IMG/VR virus record: IMGVR_UViG_2737471820_000002
From: a virus
Taxonomy: Duplodnaviria; Heunggongvirae; Uroviricota; Caudoviricetes
Direction: 5' to 3' (one strand)
DNA: 43,472 bases
Part shown: in pieces, positions 20,738 through 31,430 of the stretch
How positions within the stretch are numbered: the first letter of the stretch is position 1
Layout: each line of letters starts with the position of its first letter
Translations under genes and position numbers: made by a program
Notes under the pieces: generated by a model
What the model saw: the letters and a program-made list of their open reading frames with translations, nothing else
Told to the model about the DNA's origin: nothing
Databases searched by the model: none

Positions 20738-22471
20738 TTAAAGCGAGCGGATCCCGTAGGACTCAATGTGATCAGACAGCGTGTCTTCTTTCTCGTACAG
20801 CATGGCTCTGCCAACCGCCATAATCAGCGCAACTGCACCGTCAATTTTGTTTTCCGCCTGCTCTTTGACGGGTTTCACCACATCATCGTTACCCGGCATG
20901 TTTTTGCCGACCACGTTGCCGATACACCAGGTCATGATGGGATTGCCGTCATGATGAAAACGTCCCGATTCAATCGCTGCTTCCAGCTCTTTCAGCGGAT
21001 CGGACATATTGGTGAAGTTCTGGAAGATAGTGACGGGATTCAGGTCTTCATCAGCAAGGTCATGTGACAGCCCGGTCGCCCCGAAGGGGTCGATGGGTGA
21101 CTCGCTGACCGGGCTGATTTTGTTCGCCGCTTTGGCCTCTTCGAGGATGTAGCGATAATCCACCTCTGCACCATCGGTAACGGTCAGGACGCCCATTTCC
21201 ACCCATTTCTGAAAGCGTTCGGCTGTCCGGCGATCTTCATTTTTCTCGACGCTGTACACCGTGTCATACGGTACCCAGAAACGCGGGGCCACACTGTAGT
21301 AATGCGTTTTACCGTCAATCTCGCGGGTATAAAGTCGCGCCATGCTGTTCATATCCAGTTTACGCGCCAGGTCAAAGGCCAGAATGCACGGCTGCCCCTC
21401 GAATTGCTCAAGAGTCAGTGATTTATCCTCGCAGCTCTGCCAGCTCACCAGGTTGAAATACGCCGAACGCGCCGACACCCAGATATTGAGGTGTTTTGTT
21501 TTAAAGACGTTTGCCAGACGGGCGTTATTTTTCGCACGCTGTTGCTGACTTAACAAAAACTCACGGTAAACCGACACCCCGATATTCGGGTTGGCTTTTT
21601 CCAGCACCTGTGGGTTGGTCCAGTCGTCACCTTCGTCAACGGTATAGATGATCCCGAACAGTTCATCGTTGGGTACCGAACCGTTGAGCATCTCGATAAC
21701 TTCCCGCCGTTTGTCGTAGCACGGCCCCTCAATGTTGTACCCGGCAGTAGTAATGGCCCACATCAGTGGCTGACGTCGCGCCCCCATCCCGGTAAGCATC
21801 GTGGTGTAAAGCGCATCGGTGGCGTGCTCGTGATATTCATCCACCACCGCACAGTGGGGTGATGATCCATCACCGGGGTTACCGATCAGCGGTTCAAACC
21901 GCGCGCCATCCTCCGGACGGTTCATGTTTGAGGCGTTAACCTCAATCCCGAACGCTTCCGTCAGCATGGGTGTGCGTTTACACATCAGTCGCGCCGGGCG
22001 AAAGACTTCCCACGCCTGTTTCTCTGTCGTGGCACCGGAATACACTTCCGCGCCAAACTCGTTATCACAGGCAAAACAATACAGGGCAACACCGGCAGAG
22101 ATTGCCGATTTGCCGTTCTTACGGGGGATTTCGGTATACACCTCACGGAAGCGGCGCAGCCGGGAGCCTTTATTGACCCAGCCAAACGCGCAGCAGATCA
22201 CAAAGAGCTGCCACGGCTCCAGCGTGATGGGCATCCTCTTAAATGCCCATTCACCCTTGGTGTGCGGCAATAGCTGAATAAATTTGGCGGCCCGTTCAGC
22301 CAGGTCCTTGTCGAAGCGGTAACGAAACGACTTACTTTTTTCCGCCATCAGGTCATCAAGATGGCGCTGGCAGGCCTGAATCACAAACTGGCAGGCCACA
22401 ATCTTTCCCCGCACGACATCACGGGCATACTGATTGGCAGCATTTACGTTGGGGTAAGATTTCCGGCTCAT
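20738..22471 (-). CDS. Terminase large subunit
   Basis: 577 aa; overlaps the small-subunit stop by 4 nt. Confidence 0.85.
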   Translation of the reverse strand: MSRKSYPNVNAANQYARDVVRGKIVACQFVIQACQRHLDDLMAEKSKSFRYRFDKDLAERAAKFIQLLPHTKGEWAFKRMPITLEPWQLFVICCAFGWVNKGSRLRRFREVYTEIPRKNGKSAISAGVALYCFACDNEFGAEVYSGATTEKQAWEVFRPARLMCKRTPMLTEAFGIEVNASNMNRPEDGARFEPLIGNPGDGSSPHCAVVDEYHEHATDALYTTMLTGMGARRQPLMWAITTAGYNIEGPCYDKRREVIEMLNGSVPNDELFGIIYTVDEGDDWTNPQVLEKANPNIGVSVYREFLLSQQQRAKNNARLANVFKTKHLNIWVSARSAYFNLVSWQSCEDKSLTLEQFEGQPCILAFDLARKLDMNSMARLYTREIDGKTHYYSVAPRFWVPYDTVYSVEKNEDRRTAERFQKWVEMGVLTVTDGAEVDYRYILEEAKAANKISPVSESPIDPFGATGLSHDLADEDLNPVTIFQNFTNMSDPLKELEAAIESGRFHHDGNPIMTWCIGNVVGKNMPGNDDVVKPVKEQAENKIDGAVALIMAVGRAMLYEKEDTLSDHIESYGIRSL

Positions 22472-22971
22472 GATTCGATGATTTTCAGAAACGGGTTAGT
22501 GGCTTTCTTCTGCCCCGCCAGGCCTATCAGACGCTGGCGGCTGCTGGGGTCGAGTCCGAGCATTGCCCCCGTGCTGCTCATCTCGGACTCCTGTTCTTTC
22601 TTGGCGGTCAGCTCCGGGTTTTTGACCATACCGCCCATTGCACCGGTGATGGTGTTGCCCTGGCTGGCAATATTTTTCACGGCACGTCGCCAGAACTCAT
22701 AGGCCACGCACCACCGCTCAAGCACCGCGAGGTCAGTCACGCACAGCAGACCCTGACCGCAGAGTTCTTTGGTTGTCAGTTGCCACATGGTCGTGGCGAG
22801 AGGGAGATCTTCTTCAGCGAACCACTCCGGTGGCTCAACACCTTTGATGGGCGTAAAAACAGGTTCATCTTTATTCAGGGCTCGCTTGCCGGGGTTTCCG
22901 GCCAGCGCCTTGCGCGCCGTTGGCTTGGGGCGACGCCCGGAACGCCCCGCCGTTCCAGCCATATGCGGCAC
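22468..22971 (-). CDS. Terminase small subunit (P27 family)
   Basis: 167 aa with a basic N-terminus immediately upstream of the large subunit. Confidence 0.7.
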   Translation of the reverse strand: MPHMAGTAGRSGRRPKPTARKALAGNPGKRALNKDEPVFTPIKGVEPPEWFAEEDLPLATTMWQLTTKELCGQGLLCVTDLAVLERWCVAYEFWRRAVKNIASQGNTITGAMGGMVKNPELTAKKEQESEMSSTGAMLGLDPSSRQRLIGLAGQKKATNPFLKIIES

Positions 22972-23087
22972 TCCTGGTTAAATTTCATTTTTCGCGGGTA
23001 TAAAAAAACGATGGGGCGGGCAGTCCGGAAGACGTCAGGCCGCAGGGATTTGACCCGCCCCTCCCCTCAGGCAGTTGAGAATTATTA

Positions 23088-23438
23088 TCACTTCAACCGT
23101 TCACGGGCCGTCTTCGCCTTATGACACGGCCAGCACAGGCTCTGCAGATTACTGTCGGCATCAGAGCCGCCATGCGCTTTAGGGATGATGTGATCAACGG
23201 TTTTCGCTTCACGCACCACACCGGCACGCAGGCACAACTGGCACAGTCCTTTGTCACGCTTCAACACACGCACGCGGATAACATCCCACTTCGAACCATA
23301 ACCGCGCTGATGACGGGATTGTCCTGGCTTGTATTGCTTCCAGCCTTCGCTTTTGTGGCTTTCACAATAGCCTGACGGGTCTGTGGTGGTATGGCGGCAG
23401 CCACGAACACGGCAGGCTTTTGGGATTCGTGATGGCAT
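23088..23438 (-). CDS. HNH endonuclease (terminase-associated); start chosen at internal ATG
   Basis: CxxC...HIIPKAHGGSDADSNLQSLCWPCH HNH motif; GGAG RBS precedes the ATG at 23438 (ORF-track start is 23537). Confidence 0.7.
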   Translation of the reverse strand: MPSRIPKACRVRGCRHTTTDPSGYCESHKSEGWKQYKPGQSRHQRGYGSKWDVIRVRVLKRDKGLCQLCLRAGVVREAKTVDHIIPKAHGGSDADSNLQSLCWPCHKAKTARERLK

Positions 23439-23558
23439 ATGTACTCCAATGAAGAAGCCACCGACATAGCCTCCTCCATTCATCGTGAAACTATTTTCAT
23501 CTACCCAGTAATGAATTCTTTGTAGAGTTGTGATCAATACAACTCACTAATGGAGAGG

Positions 23559-23580
23559 CTTGTCCAACACGTTGGACAAG
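23559..23580. other. Palindrome cttgtccaac-ac-gttggacaag next to the HNH/terminase genes (terminator or packaging-site candidate)
   Basis: 10-bp inverted arms with a 2-bp centre, read directly. Confidence 0.4.
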
Positions 23581-23660
23581 TTTCCTGTTTGATTTACTGG
23601 ACACTATAGAAGGACAGAATGCCTTCATCACTCGAATAACATCAATTAAGGAGGTTCAAC

Positions 23661-23783
23661 ATGTTTCATTCCACAAATCATCAGGCTGTAATTATGGCTG
23701 CATCAGCTTGTACCACAGACCTTTTCCGCTTCACTTTGAGCCTGATTCATTTCTACCTGACCGGCTCGCCTCTATCTTTTTAA
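23661..23783 (+). CDS. Hypothetical 40-aa protein upstream of bor
   Basis: Strong SD taaggagg 7 nt before the ATG; MFHSTNHQAVIMAASACTTDLFRFTLSLIHFYLTGSPLSF. Confidence 0.3.
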   Translation: MFHSTNHQAVIMAASACTTDLFRFTLSLIHFYLTGSPLSF

Positions 23784-23963
23784 TCCCCGCTTTATCCAAA
23801 TTGCATTGCCAGAATGCCGACAACAGACTGACATTCAAATCCTGACTACCTCCAATAGTCTGACCGTACACCTATATAGTTTTAATTTTCATCAATCCAT
23901 TTAACTATCGTTTAATTGTTGTCACATAGGATTCTGCCGTTTTTAACAATGCAGGATAATAAG

Positions 23964-24257
23964 ATGAAAAAAATGTTATTTTCTGCCGCTCTGGCAATGC
24001 TTATTACAGGATGTGCTCAACAGACGTTTACTGTTGGAAACAAACCGACAGCAGTAACACCAAAGGAAACCATCACCCATCATTTCTTCGTTTCGGGAAT
24101 TGGACAGGAGAAAACTGTTGATGCAGCCAAAATTTGTGGCGGCGCAGAAAATGTGGTTAAAACAGAAACCCAGCAAACATTCGTAAATGGATTGCTCGGT
24201 TTTATTACTTTAGGCATTTATACTCCGCTGGAAGCGCGGGTGTATTGCTCACAATAA
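23964..24257 (+). CDS. bor: Bor lipoprotein (serum-resistance family)
   Basis: MKKMLFSAALAMLITGCAQ lipobox and near-identity to lambda Bor; opposite strand to the lysis genes as in lambda. Confidence 0.85.
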   Translation: MKKMLFSAALAMLITGCAQQTFTVGNKPTAVTPKETITHHFFVSGIGQEKTVDAAKICGGAENVVKTETQQTFVNGLLGFITLGIYTPLEARVYCSQ

Positions 24258-24288
24258 TTGCATGAGTTGCCCATCGATATGGGCAGCG

Positions 24289-24750
24289 CTATCTGCACTG
24301 CTCATTAATATACTTCTGGGTTCCTTCCAGTTGTTTTTGCATAGTGATCAGCCTCTCTCTGAGGGTGAAATAATCCCGTTCAGCGGTGTCTGCCAGTCGG
24401 GGGGAGGCTGCATTATCCACGCCGGAGGCGGTGGTGGCTTCACGCACTGACTGACAGACTGCTTTGATGTGCAACCGACGACGACCAGCGGCAACATCAT
24501 CACGCAGAGCATCATTTTCAGCTTTCGCATCAGCTAACTCCTTCGTGTATTTTGAATCGAGCGCAGCAACATCACGCTGACGCATCTGCATGTCAGTAAT
24601 TGTCGAGTTCGCCAGCTTCAGTTCTCTGGCATTTTTGTCGCGCTGGGCTTTGTAGGTAATGGCGTTATCGCGGTAATGATTAACAGCCCATGACAAGCAA
24701 ACGATGATGCAGATAACCAGAGCGGAAATAATCGCGGTTACTCTGCTCAT
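24289..24750 (-). CDS. Rz: Rz i-spanin
   Basis: 153 aa with an N-terminal TM segment, directly after the endolysin gene. Confidence 0.8.
   Translation of the reverse strand: MSRVTAIISALVICIIVCLSWAVNHYRDNAITYKAQRDKNARELKLANSTITDMQMRQRDVAALDSKYTKELADAKAENDALRDDVAAGRRRLHIKAVCQSVREATTASGVDNAASPRLADTAERDYFTLRERLITMQKQLEGTQKYINEQCR
24348..24530 (-). CDS. Rz1: Rz1 o-spanin lipoprotein, embedded within Rz in another frame
   Basis: Lipobox LVVVGC and a proline-rich [13 protein letters not shown] segment. Confidence 0.75.
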   Translation of the reverse strand: MRKLKMMLCVMMLPLVVVGCTSKQSVSQCVKPPPPPAWIMQPPPDWQTPLNGIISPSERG

Positions 24751-25223
24751 ACCTCAATCTCTCTGACCGTTCCGCCTGCTTCTTTGAATTTTGCAATCAG
24801 GCTGTCAGCCTTATGCTCGAACTGACCGTAACCAGCGCCCGGCAACGAAGCCCAGATATTGCTGCAACGGTCGATAGCCTGACGAATATCACCACGATCA
24901 ATCATCGGTAAAGCGCCACGTTCTTTAATCTGCTGCAATGCCACAGCGTCCTGGCTTTTGGGGGAGAAGTCTTTCAAACCAAGCTGTTTACGGTAAGCAT
25001 CCCACCAACGTGAAAGAAGCTGGTAACGTCCGGCGGCTGTTGATTTGAGTTTGGGGTTTAGCGTGACAAGTTTGCGAGGGTGATCGGAGTAATCAGTAAA
25101 TAGCTCTCCGCCTACAATGACGTCATAACCATGATTTCTGGTTTTCTGCCGTCCGTTATCCGTTCCTTCTGACCATGCAACCATATCCAGGAAAGCTTTA
25201 CGCTGGGAATTTAGTACCTGCAT
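24747..25223 (-). CDS. R: Endolysin (lambda R-type lytic transglycosylase)
   Basis: Near-identical to lambda R over its length (…[33 protein letters not shown]…). Confidence 0.9.
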   Translation of the reverse strand: MQVLNSQRKAFLDMVAWSEGTDNGRQKTRNHGYDVIVGGELFTDYSDHPRKLVTLNPKLKSTAAGRYQLLSRWWDAYRKQLGLKDFSPKSQDAVALQQIKERGALPMIDRGDIRQAIDRCSNIWASLPGAGYGQFEHKADSLIAKFKEAGGTVREIEV

Positions 25224-25226
25224 AAA

Positions 25227-25562
25227 TTACTCCTTCGAGCTACCAAACTTGTTACCGATTACTCTCATTGCAGCCCCACGAATAGCATCGACACCGATCA
25301 GCCCCACCCCACCACCAATGGCAATAGAAAGCGATTTAGGCCATCCGACATACTCAAGCGCGGATGCAAAGGTCAACGTCAGAGCGCCACATAGCAAAAT
25401 CTCGAGCGTTTTTCGCTTCCAGCCACCACCACCGCCAAAATAGGCGATGCGCAAACCAGCCATAACAATCGACATAATCACTGCGCCCAGCGGCGTATCT
25501 CCACGCCACCAGCTCTGAAACAACTCCAGCCAGTCCGGCCAGGTATTTGGGTTATGAGGCAT
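25227..25562 (-). CDS. Putative holin
   Basis: About 111 aa with hydrophobic segments immediately upstream of the endolysin; start taken at internal ATG 25562 to avoid overlap with the methyltransferase gene. Confidence 0.5.
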   Translation of the reverse strand: MPHNPNTWPDWLELFQSWWRGDTPLGAVIMSIVMAGLRIAYFGGGGGWKRKTLEILLCGALTLTFASALEYVGWPKSLSIAIGGGVGLIGVDAIRGAAMRVIGNKFGSSKE

Positions 25563-25638
25563 TTCGTCATCTCTCACCTCGCGATATTTGCGGGTGCTGT
25601 GTTGGAAATAAAAAGGCCACGCAACGTGGCCACCAGAA

Positions 25639-26691
25639 TTATTTCCCCACCAGTTCACTTACCTCTTTCACCGTCTGATTAAACCGCTCTGACTCAAGTT
25701 CAACACCTAACGCCCGACGCCCCAGCGCCATTGCCGCTTTTATTGTGGAACCGGATCCCATAAAGAAATCAGCAACCAGATCGCCTTGTCGACTACTGGC
25801 ACTGATTATTTGCCGGAGCATATCCGCGGGCTTCTCACACGGATGTTTACCCGGGTAGAACTGAACGGGTTTATGCGTCCAGACGTCGGTATAAGGCACG
25901 GAAACTGATACGGAGAAATAGCGCCGGAGAGTTTTAAACTCATCCAGCAATTCAGAATATTTGCGATTCAGTGAATCATAAGATGCCACCAGCTGGTGGT
26001 GTGGTTGTTCCAGTTGTTGTTCCTGAAATTTCTCTGCCGCTATACGGGAAAACAGTGCCTGCAACTTCCGGTAGTCAGCCTCATTCGGCAACTGCCACTG
26101 ACTGGCACCAAACCAGTGGGAAACCATATTTTTCTTACCAGTGGCTTCGGCAATCTGTTTTGCCGTTATACCCAGTTCGGCACGAGCATCCCTGAAATAC
26201 GAAATCAGCGGTGCCATTATGTGCTGTTTGAGTTGACTTTCTTTTGCCGCATAGCCGTCACTTTTGCCGCGATATGGTCCCTGGTAATGTTCAGCAAACA
26301 GAACGCGTTCTGTTGCGGGAAAATATGCGCGCAGACTTTCTTTATTACACCCGTTCCATCGTCCGGACGGCTTCGCCCAGATAATATGGTTAAGAACGTT
26401 GAAACGTTCACGCATCATGATCTCGATATCAGATGCGAGGCGATGTCCACAGAACAGGTAAAGGCTTCCGGCAGGTTTCAGCACCCGCCAGAACTGAGCC
26501 AGACAGTGGTCCAGCCACTTCAGGTAATCTTCGTCCCCTTTCCACTGATTGTCCCAACCGTTGGGTTTCACCTTGAAGTACGGCGGATCGGTAACAATCA
26601 GGTCAATGGAATCATCAGGCAGGGACTGAATAAAATGCAGGCAATCAGCGTTGATTAAATCAGCACTGTTTATTTTCACAGTATTTTTCAT
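25639..26691 (-). CDS. DNA methyltransferase (N6A/N4C class, DPPY motif)
   Basis: IVTDPPYF motif and C-terminal FFMGSGST SAM-binding motif. Confidence 0.75.
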   Translation of the reverse strand: MKNTVKINSADLINADCLHFIQSLPDDSIDLIVTDPPYFKVKPNGWDNQWKGDEDYLKWLDHCLAQFWRVLKPAGSLYLFCGHRLASDIEIMMRERFNVLNHIIWAKPSGRWNGCNKESLRAYFPATERVLFAEHYQGPYRGKSDGYAAKESQLKQHIMAPLISYFRDARAELGITAKQIAEATGKKNMVSHWFGASQWQLPNEADYRKLQALFSRIAAEKFQEQQLEQPHHQLVASYDSLNRKYSELLDEFKTLRRYFSVSVSVPYTDVWTHKPVQFYPGKHPCEKPADMLRQIISASSRQGDLVADFFMGSGSTIKAAMALGRRALGVELESERFNQTVKEVSELVGK

Positions 26692-26840
26692 GGATCAGTA
26701 AGCGTAACTCTGGTAGGCTCACTCTGCTTTTGCGCTAAAGCAGTGGGCCGTGGTTCGCTTGTGACCAGTAAGCATGAGCGAATGGCTGGCAGGTGCTACC
26801 AACACCCACCAGCCGCCCATTTTCACAAATTAAAAGCCCT

Positions 26841-27035
26841 TCATTGCTGAAGGCGTCTGTAACAGCCGAACTGGTAATCTGCCAGCCCCGCCATAACCAG
26901 CTGGGTCAGTATTAACTGACAGCGTTCGCGTGAAAGGTATGTGTTTTGTGCAATCTCCCCGACTGTTGCCGGTTTGCCGTTTAATTCATTAAAAACAACT
27001 TTCGCCGTTTCTGTCATATCTAGCTGTTTTAGCAT
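26841..27035 (-). CDS. Hypothetical small protein
   Basis: 64 aa ORF between the porin and the methyltransferase. Confidence 0.3.
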   Translation of the reverse strand: MLKQLDMTETAKVVFNELNGKPATVGEIAQNTYLSRERCQLILTQLVMAGLADYQFGCYRRLQQ

Positions 27036-27380
27036 GTCTTTTTACCTTCATGGTTAACATGACATACCAATAACTCTTGTCTAAAAAGCCAGCAAGATAA
27101 AAAGTCAGTATTCACAACCACCAGCGTGTTTACCGTACTGCACCAGGTTTACAGGTACAAAAAAACCAGCTCGACGGCGGGTTTAAGCTGTGTGACGAAG
27201 TAACCACTCTTAACAGCATAACCAATTTTTTACGTACGTAAACCACTGAATGATATTTATGAGAATGCTACCGAGTGTTCAAAACACCACCACAAATACA
27301 TAAGAAAACCTCAACAAATAATCAATAAATAATTTCAGACGTTATTTTTAGTTGATTTAAATTAAACTGCCGAATTATAG

Positions 27381-27389
27381 CCCCCCCCC
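27381..27389. repeat. C9 homopolymeric tract in the porin upstream region
   Basis: tatag-ccccccccc-ataaat, counted directly; about 225 bp upstream of the porin ATG. Confidence 0.9.
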
Positions 27390-27613
27390 ATAAATAACAG
27401 CCATTAATATAAATTAGCTAATAGATTTATTTTTGTTCAAATAAGAGCCATAAATAGGTTTCGATAGAAAAAGTTCAGATAAAAATAGAGATCTACTTCA
27501 CAAATTAAATGAGAAACTAAAACTTACATCTTGAAATAATCACATTGATTAGATGAATATTTATCGCGCAGTGACATCATTTTTTAATAATAGTTCAAAA
27601 AAAAGGGCTCACG

Positions 27614-28696
27614 ATGAAAAAATTAACAGTGGCAATTTCTGCTGTAGCTGCATCAGTACTGATGGCGATGTCTGCTCAGGCAGCTGAAATTTATAATAAA
27701 GACAGTAACAAGCTGGATCTGTACGGGAAAGTTAATGCTAAGCACTACTTCTCCTCTAATGATGCAGATGATGGTGATACTACTTATGCCCGTCTTGGCT
27801 TCAAAGGTGAAACCCAAATCAACGATCAACTGACTGGTTTCGGTCAGTGGGAATATGAATTCAAAGGCAACCGCGCTGAATCTCAAGGTTCCTCCAAAGA
27901 CAAAACCCGTCTTGCATTTGCAGGCCTGAAATTCGGTGACTACGGCTCAATCGATTACGGCCGTAACTACGGTGTAGCATACGACATCGGTGCGTGGACT
28001 GACGTTCTGCCAGAATTCGGTGGCGATACCTGGACCCAAACAGATGTATTCATGACTGGTCGCACCACAGGTGTTGCAACTTATCGTAACAACGACTTCT
28101 TTGGTCTGGTTGATGGCCTGAACTTTGCAGCTCAGTATCAGGGCAAAAATGACCGAAATGAAGTAACTGAAGCTAATGGCGATGGTTTCGGTTTCTCAAC
28201 TACTTATGAGTATGAAGGATTCGGCGTGGGTGCAACCTATGCTAAATCTGATCGCACTAATAATCAGGTTATCTACGGTAACAACGGTCTGAATGCTTCT
28301 GGTCAAAATGCTGAAGTATGGGCAGCTGGTCTGAAATATGATGCGAACAACATCTATCTGGCCACCACCTATTCTGAAACCCAGAACATGACTGTTTTTG
28401 GTAATAACCATATTGCCAACAAAGCACAAAACTTCGAAGCTGTTGCACAATATCAGTTCGACTTCGGCCTGCGTCCATCCGTTGCTTACCTGCACTCTAA
28501 AGGAAAAGACTTGGGTGTTTGGGGTGATCAGGACCTGGTTGAATATGTTGATGTAGGTGCAACCTATTACTTCAACAAAAATATGTCCACTTTTGTTGAC
28601 TACAAAATCAACCTGATTGATAAGAGCGATTTCACGAAAGCATCTGGCGTTGCTACCGATGATATCGTTGCTGTAGGTATGGTTTACCAGTTCTAA
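27614..28696 (+). CDS. Outer membrane porin (OmpC/NmpC/Lc family)
   Basis: Signal peptide [30 protein letters not shown]...LDLYGK start and C-terminal ...VGMVYQF beta-barrel signature; long AT-rich leader. Confidence 0.85.
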   Translation: MKKLTVAISAVAASVLMAMSAQAAEIYNKDSNKLDLYGKVNAKHYFSSNDADDGDTTYARLGFKGETQINDQLTGFGQWEYEFKGNRAESQGSSKDKTRLAFAGLKFGDYGSIDYGRNYGVAYDIGAWTDVLPEFGGDTWTQTDVFMTGRTTGVATYRNNDFFGLVDGLNFAAQYQGKNDRNEVTEANGDGFGFSTTYEYEGFGVGATYAKSDRTNNQVIYGNNGLNASGQNAEVWAAGLKYDANNIYLATTYSETQNMTVFGNNHIANKAQNFEAVAQYQFDFGLRPSVAYLHSKGKDLGVWGDQDLVEYVDVGATYYFNKNMSTFVDYKINLIDKSDFTKASGVATDDIVAVGMVYQF

Positions 28697-28832
28697 TTTG
28701 ATTACTAAAAGATATGTTGTGGGAGGCTTTGCCTCCCCAACATATAAGTGGCTCCCTCAAGCCACTTCCTTTAGAAGCACAACCTTGCTTCTAACTATAC
28801 AAACCTTCTGTTATATATTACCCTTTATTTTT

Positions 28833-28858
28833 GGGGGCGTTTCAACGCCCCATTTTTA
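28833..28858 (+). terminator. Rho-independent terminator downstream of the porin gene
   Basis: gggggcg-tttcaa-cgcccc followed by attttt. Confidence 0.6.
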
Positions 28859-28884
28859 ATAACTTTTAGTAAATAATTGGCGTA

Positions 28885-29268
28885 TTAATTAGAGTTATTA
28901 ACAACGATATCCATCTCTAACCGGATATCTAATGCCATTAACATCCCTTCAATTATGCCCTCAGCCTTTTGTAACCTTTTCCCGATATAACCATCAGAGC
29001 AGCAATGCTTACCTGCCAGTGACATGAATGTCATACCGACTATATAATAATCTACTAATAAATCGTGCAAATCGCTGTTGTTCTTTTTCAGACGGGCCAT
29101 GCACCCGCAAATGATCATCGCGTCATCGTCACAACATTGCGGGCGAGATTTTACTTTTGAAGGAATTAATCCCTTAAAACCGGCGGCAATGGACGACCAG
29201 GTCACATCTTCATGATTATTAGCCGCCCACGCTCCCCAACGCTCAAGAACCATCTGAATATCACGCAT
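28885..29268 (-). CDS. Q: Late antiterminator Q (phage 82 / DLP12 QuuD type)
   Basis: [22 protein letters not shown]... with a Cys cluster, matching DLP12 Q; start taken at the internal ATG. Confidence 0.75.
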   Translation of the reverse strand: MRDIQMVLERWGAWAANNHEDVTWSSIAAGFKGLIPSKVKSRPQCCDDDAMIICGCMARLKKNNSDLHDLLVDYYIVGMTFMSLAGKHCCSDGYIGKRLQKAEGIIEGMLMALDIRLEMDIVVNNSN

Positions 29269-29356
29269 CAACTTACTCCACAAAAATCAGACCAAAACGC
29301 CAATTACAAGCAAAAATCAACAAAACAGTATTAGTTGATTGTTATCTCTGACTTCA

Positions 29357-29476
29357 TACTCCTGCTCCTGTCAGGGTTTTGGCGTAACTCTTCAGTATTC
29401 GGTAATCGGTCAAAACAGAACCGGGGAAACGATATAAGCGCAGGCGCACCCAGCGGCGGCGAAGACGTTCTGCCAT
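29357..29476 (-). CDS. Small YlcG-like protein
   Basis: 39-aa ORF MAERLRRRWVRLRLYRFPGSVLTDYRILKSYAKTLTGAGV between rusA and Q, the YlcG position in DLP12; not in the ORF track (under 60 aa). Confidence 0.4.
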
Positions 29477-29490
29477 ATAAGACTCAAACA

Positions 29491-29853
29491 TCATTCATCT
29501 CCCAGTTCAGTGATGGTCAGTTCCAGCTTCCCACCTTTGGTAACAGGCATCTTCACAACGCGGTAATCAACGACCAGCTCATCATCCAGCCAGAAACCTG
29601 CTTTAGTGAGTGCGTCAAAAGCGGCTTTTTGCAGATTATCCAGGTCACGGCGACGGCGATCCGGCATGTGGCACTCAATGCGGATTTTCACAGGCATAGC
29701 CAGACCGATATCCAGCATTGAGCCTTTAATGATTCGGGCGACGTTATCGCGGTATGCCTGCCCTTCTGCGCTGATGTGCGTGCGCCCTCGATTATGGCGG
29801 TAGTAGCGGTTATTGCTCGGCGGCCAGGGTAGTGTGATGTGGTAAGTATTCAC
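29491..29853 (-). CDS. rusA: Holliday junction resolvase RusA
   Basis: [26 protein letters not shown]... near-identical to DLP12 RusA. Confidence 0.9.
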   Translation of the reverse strand: MNTYHITLPWPPSNNRYYRHNRGRTHISAEGQAYRDNVARIIKGSMLDIGLAMPVKIRIECHMPDRRRRDLDNLQKAAFDALTKAGFWLDDELVVDYRVVKMPVTKGGKLELTITELGDE

Positions 29854-30140
29854 GCCTTAATTACCCCCTCTTTCAGCCAGATAACCTGCGTTCTCGCCAT
29901 ACCTTCCAGCGCGCATTCTTTTGCATATCCAGCGTCAACAAACTGCGTGCGGCGGTCGATTTCGTCGTGGCAGGCAGAACATGCAATGGTGGCAATCAGG
30001 TCTGGCGGTTTGATACCGGTACCGCACAATCCAGCCAGCCGGATATGTGCCAGTACAGACGTCTCAGAATTGCCATTACATACGCCAGGGATTCTTACCT
30101 GGCATTCCCGACCACGCGCTGCTTTTCTCAAATCAGCCAT
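29850..30140 (-). CDS. YbcO-like (DUF1364) putative nuclease
   Basis: [33 protein letters not shown]... with a Cys cluster; start at internal ATG 30140. Confidence 0.6.
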   Translation of the reverse strand: MADLRKAARGRECQVRIPGVCNGNSETSVLAHIRLAGLCGTGIKPPDLIATIACSACHDEIDRRTQFVDAGYAKECALEGMARTQVIWLKEGVIKA

Positions 30141-30303
30141 GATTCCTCCTTGCTGCCAGTCGCAACCATTTTTTATCAACCAGGCTAGCGGTATATCCGA
30201 GCAGTGTTGGTATTTCGGATGGCTTCAGCTCAGGCTTACGCTTACGACGATTAGATACTCTGTAGATGTGTCCGTTCATGACACGAATAAGCGGTGTAGC
30301 CAT
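30133..30303 (-). CDS. NinE-like small basic protein
   Basis: 56-aa [59 protein letters not shown], overlapping both neighbours; below the ORF-track threshold. Confidence 0.4.
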   Translation of the reverse strand: MATPLIRVMNGHIYRVSNRRKRKPELKPSEIPTLLGYTASLVDKKWLRLAARRNHG

Positions 30304-30758
30304 TACGCCTCCTGCTTGTCGCGGAGCAGCTGGAACTCGCAGCTCTGCGGAATAGTCAGGTGGCAGCCAATATTCATCGCCCAGGCTTCAACCTTACACA
30401 GGAAGACATACATCTCTCCGGTATCGAGATCGGAGGTATGACGTAATGACTGAATGGTGGTGATTTCACCGGTTACGACATCAACCAGTTCTTTGGTTTC
30501 ATAACCGAGATAAGTGTGTTTGAGAGCATCTTTTACCCAAGGTGGAGTGGCGAACGTTTTACCCCTGCTGATGAGGTATTCACTGATTTCGCTGTACCAC
30601 ATGTGGCTGAGTGCATTCTGGGAAAGACTGCGTCTCTCGCGCCACGGTTTAAGCACCATGCGAAAGCATTTGCCGTCCTCCAGATAAGGCTGGATCTGCT
30701 GACCGATAGCGGTGAAGTTACCACGATGCAATTTGATGCCATCTTGTAGGAGGTTCAC
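30303..30758 (-). CDS. YbcN-like (DUF1367) nin-region protein
   Basis: 151 aa starting [15 protein letters not shown]..., resembling DLP12 YbcN. Confidence 0.55.
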   Translation of the reverse strand: MNLLQDGIKLHRGNFTAIGQQIQPYLEDGKCFRMVLKPWRERRSLSQNALSHMWYSEISEYLISRGKTFATPPWVKDALKHTYLGYETKELVDVVTGEITTIQSLRHTSDLDTGEMYVFLCKVEAWAMNIGCHLTIPQSCEFQLLRDKQEA

Positions 30759-30947
30759 GATTCACCTCCGCAGAGGTCAAACGCTGGATGCAAAAAATCG
30801 CAGGTGCATTTCTGCATCTGTGACAGCAAAAGAGAGTTTAGATTGTATGTGCGCATAAACGTCCCCGTTTAGCGCAGAAGTCACCGATGTTGTTCAGGCT
30901 CCGGTGACATTATTATTGCTGGTTGATTATGGAAAATCAAAGGTAGA

Positions 30948-31430
30948 TTAATTTAATAATCCTTGGAGAAATCTCACGCACCACCTCAATAGTTGCGCTT
31001 GCTCTTGAGAATCAACAAAAAGATAAGCGTCTTTATTTCCGTGGAAAAGGTTATTTCTTATCCTTATAACTATCTTTAATACTGTAGACATGGTGTTTAG
31101 ATCTGTTGCTGCGTCATTTTGAAGTCCATTAACTATTCCCCGCCTATCTCTCTCTCGACCGACACAGAGGGCGTCAAGTCTTTCCTGCGCATCCCCATTC
31201 AAAATGTATCTCTGCTTAAAATCGTGAAAAAGTTCGTTGGGCACCTTTATCCCGGCGTCAAGTAACGTTCGCGCATAATTTAAACTGTCTTCCCCCTTAG
31301 CAAAGCCACCAAAAAAACTTTGCTCGACCCTAGGAAAAATCATGCAGAATTGAAGATAAACATCAATCAGTTCATCAGATGGAGGCTCCGATAAATTAAG
31401 TAACCGCTGCAGTCCTTCTGCACTTATCAT
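30948..31430 (-). CDS. HEPN-domain protein (predicted RNase toxin-like), gene 3 of the nin-region cassette
   Basis: 160 aa; C-terminal RIRNNLFHG matches the HEPN RNxxxH motif; AT-rich; start ATG overlaps the upstream small-ORF stop (ATGA). Confidence 0.55.
   Translation of the reverse strand: MISAEGLQRLLNLSEPPSDELIDVYLQFCMIFPRVEQSFFGGFAKGEDSLNYARTLLDAGIKVPNELFHDFKQRYILNGDAQERLDALCVGRERDRRGIVNGLQNDAATDLNTMSTVLKIVIRIRNNLFHGNKDAYLFVDSQEQAQLLRWCVRFLQGLLN

Noticed and set aside
23976-24176. Minus-strand ORF inside bor
   Set aside because: Antisense to a near-identical lambda Bor homologue with lipobox; Cys-rich low-complexity translation.
26692-27613. tRNA genes in the late region (as in Stx phages)
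   Set aside because: No stretch showed tRNA hallmarks (GTTCGA-type T-loop with matching acceptor stem) on inspection; only thrW at 42029-42104 qualifies.
28885-29283. Shiga toxin or other toxin cargo between Q and the lysis genes
   Set aside because: The Q-lysis interval contains a porin, a small ORF and a methyltransferase; no A/B-subunit-like ORFs are present.
29335-29721. Plus-strand ORF 29335-29721 between Q and rusA
   Set aside because: Antisense to rusA and to the YlcG-like small ORF, which have clear homology-based support.
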